Part shown: piece by piece, positions 62,653 through 64,000 of the stretch
How positions within the stretch are numbered: the stretch's first letter is position 1
Layout of the letters: every line of letters starts with the position of its first letter
NCBI GenBank assembly: GCA_050950765.1
Contig: JBMNIF010000001.1
Coordinates: 128,001-192,000 of the forward strand
Length of the DNA: 64,000 nt
Origin: Bdellovibrionota bacterium
GTDB taxonomy: Bacteria; Bdellovibrionota_C; UBA2361; JAAYZI01
Direction: 5' to 3'
The notes under the pieces: generated by a model
Seen by the model: only the letters and a program-made list of their open reading frames with translations
The model's database searches: none
What the model was told of the DNA's origin: nothing
Position numbers and translations under genes: made by a program

Positions 62653-63870
62653 TATTCACCCCATTAGTTAATATCACTCAGGCTATTATAGTAGCTTTTT
62701 TCAGCACCTCAAATGTCCATTTCACGCTGAACCAGCACAATAGTATCGTTGTAATTTTTCTGAGATTTAGGAACAGCTACGAGAAATTCTATTTGCTCTT
62801 TTTTTATATATTCTAAATTTTCTTTTGTAATAAAACCTCTATCCAGAACATAAAATATATCATCAATACCTAAGTTTTTAGAGTATTCCATCATTGTTGT
62901 AAGAAAAACTTTATCAACAACACTTCCACTGTAAAGAAAAAAACTTATTGGTAAATTGCTATCGGTAGCGTATAAAAGCCCGACATTTAGTTGTGGTAAA
63001 TATTCTTTGTCTCTATTGTATCCATTCTCGGCAAGTGGCAAGTCTGCATAAGTAGAAAGGCTCGTAACATCATAAGCTACAGTCTCATTGTTTTTCATAG
63101 CATGGTTTTTCCACACAGAAAAAAACTTCATTTGATCTTGTTTGGTAATCGATGAAAAAAGCTCACTTGTCTTTTGCGAGGATAGAGATATGTTTTTAGG
63201 GGTAAGAGTATTTTGCAAAAAATTATCTATATTCATCATTACATTGCCTTCGCAAGCCATGTATAACGCAGTATAAAAGATATCTTCGTATTTATCGGGA
63301 AAGATTGTTTTTAAGCATTTTAATAACCCTATAGCCTTAGCTCTCATTTTTAATGCGACTACGTGACCTGCGTCCCAAACAAAGCGAGAAGAAGCTAGAT
63401 CAATAACGTCAGATGGCATTGGATAATATTTTTTAAAGTTCTCATTAGGAATCATTCTTCCTTGTCTATCAGGGTCTATCTTTCCCACAATCACTTCATC
63501 ACAAGTAGGTGTGCCGTTCTTATTACGACGATGACCAAGTACGTGATACACATACTTTACGTTTCCTTTGCTATCTTTTTTATACGAAATCTTTTTTTCT
63601 GGAATTGGAATTGAAATATTTATTAAAGCCATTTTGTCTCCTATTTTTTACTGTCCCGTAGACTACGGAAACATGTCTACAGAACAAAAAATGTCAATGG
63701 TTTTTTAAAACTTTCATAAAAACTTAATTAAATAAATATGTTGGAGGAAATATAATATTAGAAAATCTAAATATGAAATTAAATTATTGATATGGACTAC
63801 ATAAAAAACGGGAATTTAGGTCGTTATTGTGGACGAAAAATTTTTTAGGTGCTTCAAGTGCGAAGTCGGG

Positions 63871-63891
63871 AAAAGTAGGTGCCACCCATCA
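63871..63891 (+). repeat. Solo REP-like motif within a 21-bp direct repeat (right copy)
   Basis: AAAAGTAGGTGCCACCCATCA, 20/21 identical to 59155-59175. Confidence 0.85.
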
Positions 63892-64000
63892 CCTAGAAGC
63901 AAGGTTAAAAATATAAAAAAAGGGCAGCACGTATTTTTTGTTTACGTACCGCCCTCTACATTCTATCACATAATTATATCTGCAAAGGTAATAAAAGCTC

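Larger units (their letters stand above)
61300..62739 (-). mobile_element. IS3-family insertion sequence, 1440 bp, copy 2
   Basis: Reverse complement of 46805-48244; 4-bp TSD ATAG (61296-99, 62740-43). Confidence 0.95.
60572..63632 (-). pseudogene. IS1634-family transposase (538 aa when restored) split by IS3
   Basis: YDVTSLS, GYNRDK, VLDRGF, YSRRDFIEKAF..LK; removing the IS3 joins ...NYNDT to MREVSV... in frame. Confidence 0.9.
60548..63820 (-). mobile_element. IS1634-family element with nested IS3; no TSD visible
   Basis: Terminal IRs CCTAAATTCCCGTTTTTT at 60548 and its reverse complement ending at 63820. Confidence 0.85.

Noticed and set aside
46805..62739. Composite transposon formed by the two IS3 copies
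   Set aside because: Each copy has its own distinct TSD and interrupts a different gene
43623..63891. Integron with attC sites
   Set aside because: No tyrosine-recombinase integrase in the window, and the motifs lack the RYYYAAC...GTTRRRY attC structure

Overview
Bacterial chromosomal segment of fairly low GC. The Gram-negative envelope genes and gene style suggest a deltaproteobacterial/Bdellovibrionota-like lineage (inference only). Bases 1-43.6 kb are mostly core genome: TPR and LolB-like genes, trmB, metK, a Tad/Flp pilus cluster with two signalling genes, an isolated nuoB, tatD/tRNA-binding/holB/tmk, holA, tRNA-Phe, tRNA-Leu, uvrBC, two GT87-like genes, accA, infA, a kinase-fold protein lacking its catalytic Asp residues, and nfo. 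From 43.6 kb to the end the window is an accessory mosaic organised around a REP-associated-type HUH/Y1 tyrosine transposase (RAYT-like, 56279-57247) and about 27 copies of a 10-bp quasi-palindromic motif (G/A)GTGCCACCC. The motifs form interspaced arrays with a 40-79 bp pitch, built from a shared family of spacer modules. The arrays sit at the borders of AT-rich cargo: two unusual sigma-70-like genes with multiple region-4 domains, an IS that lacks one end, and an aminotransferase block bounded by a 21-bp direct repeat. Two near-identical 1440-bp IS3 copies, each with its own 4-bp TSD, interrupt one sigma-like gene and an IS1634 transposase. The RAYT, its arrays and the delimited cargo together are the best candidate for an undescribed system.
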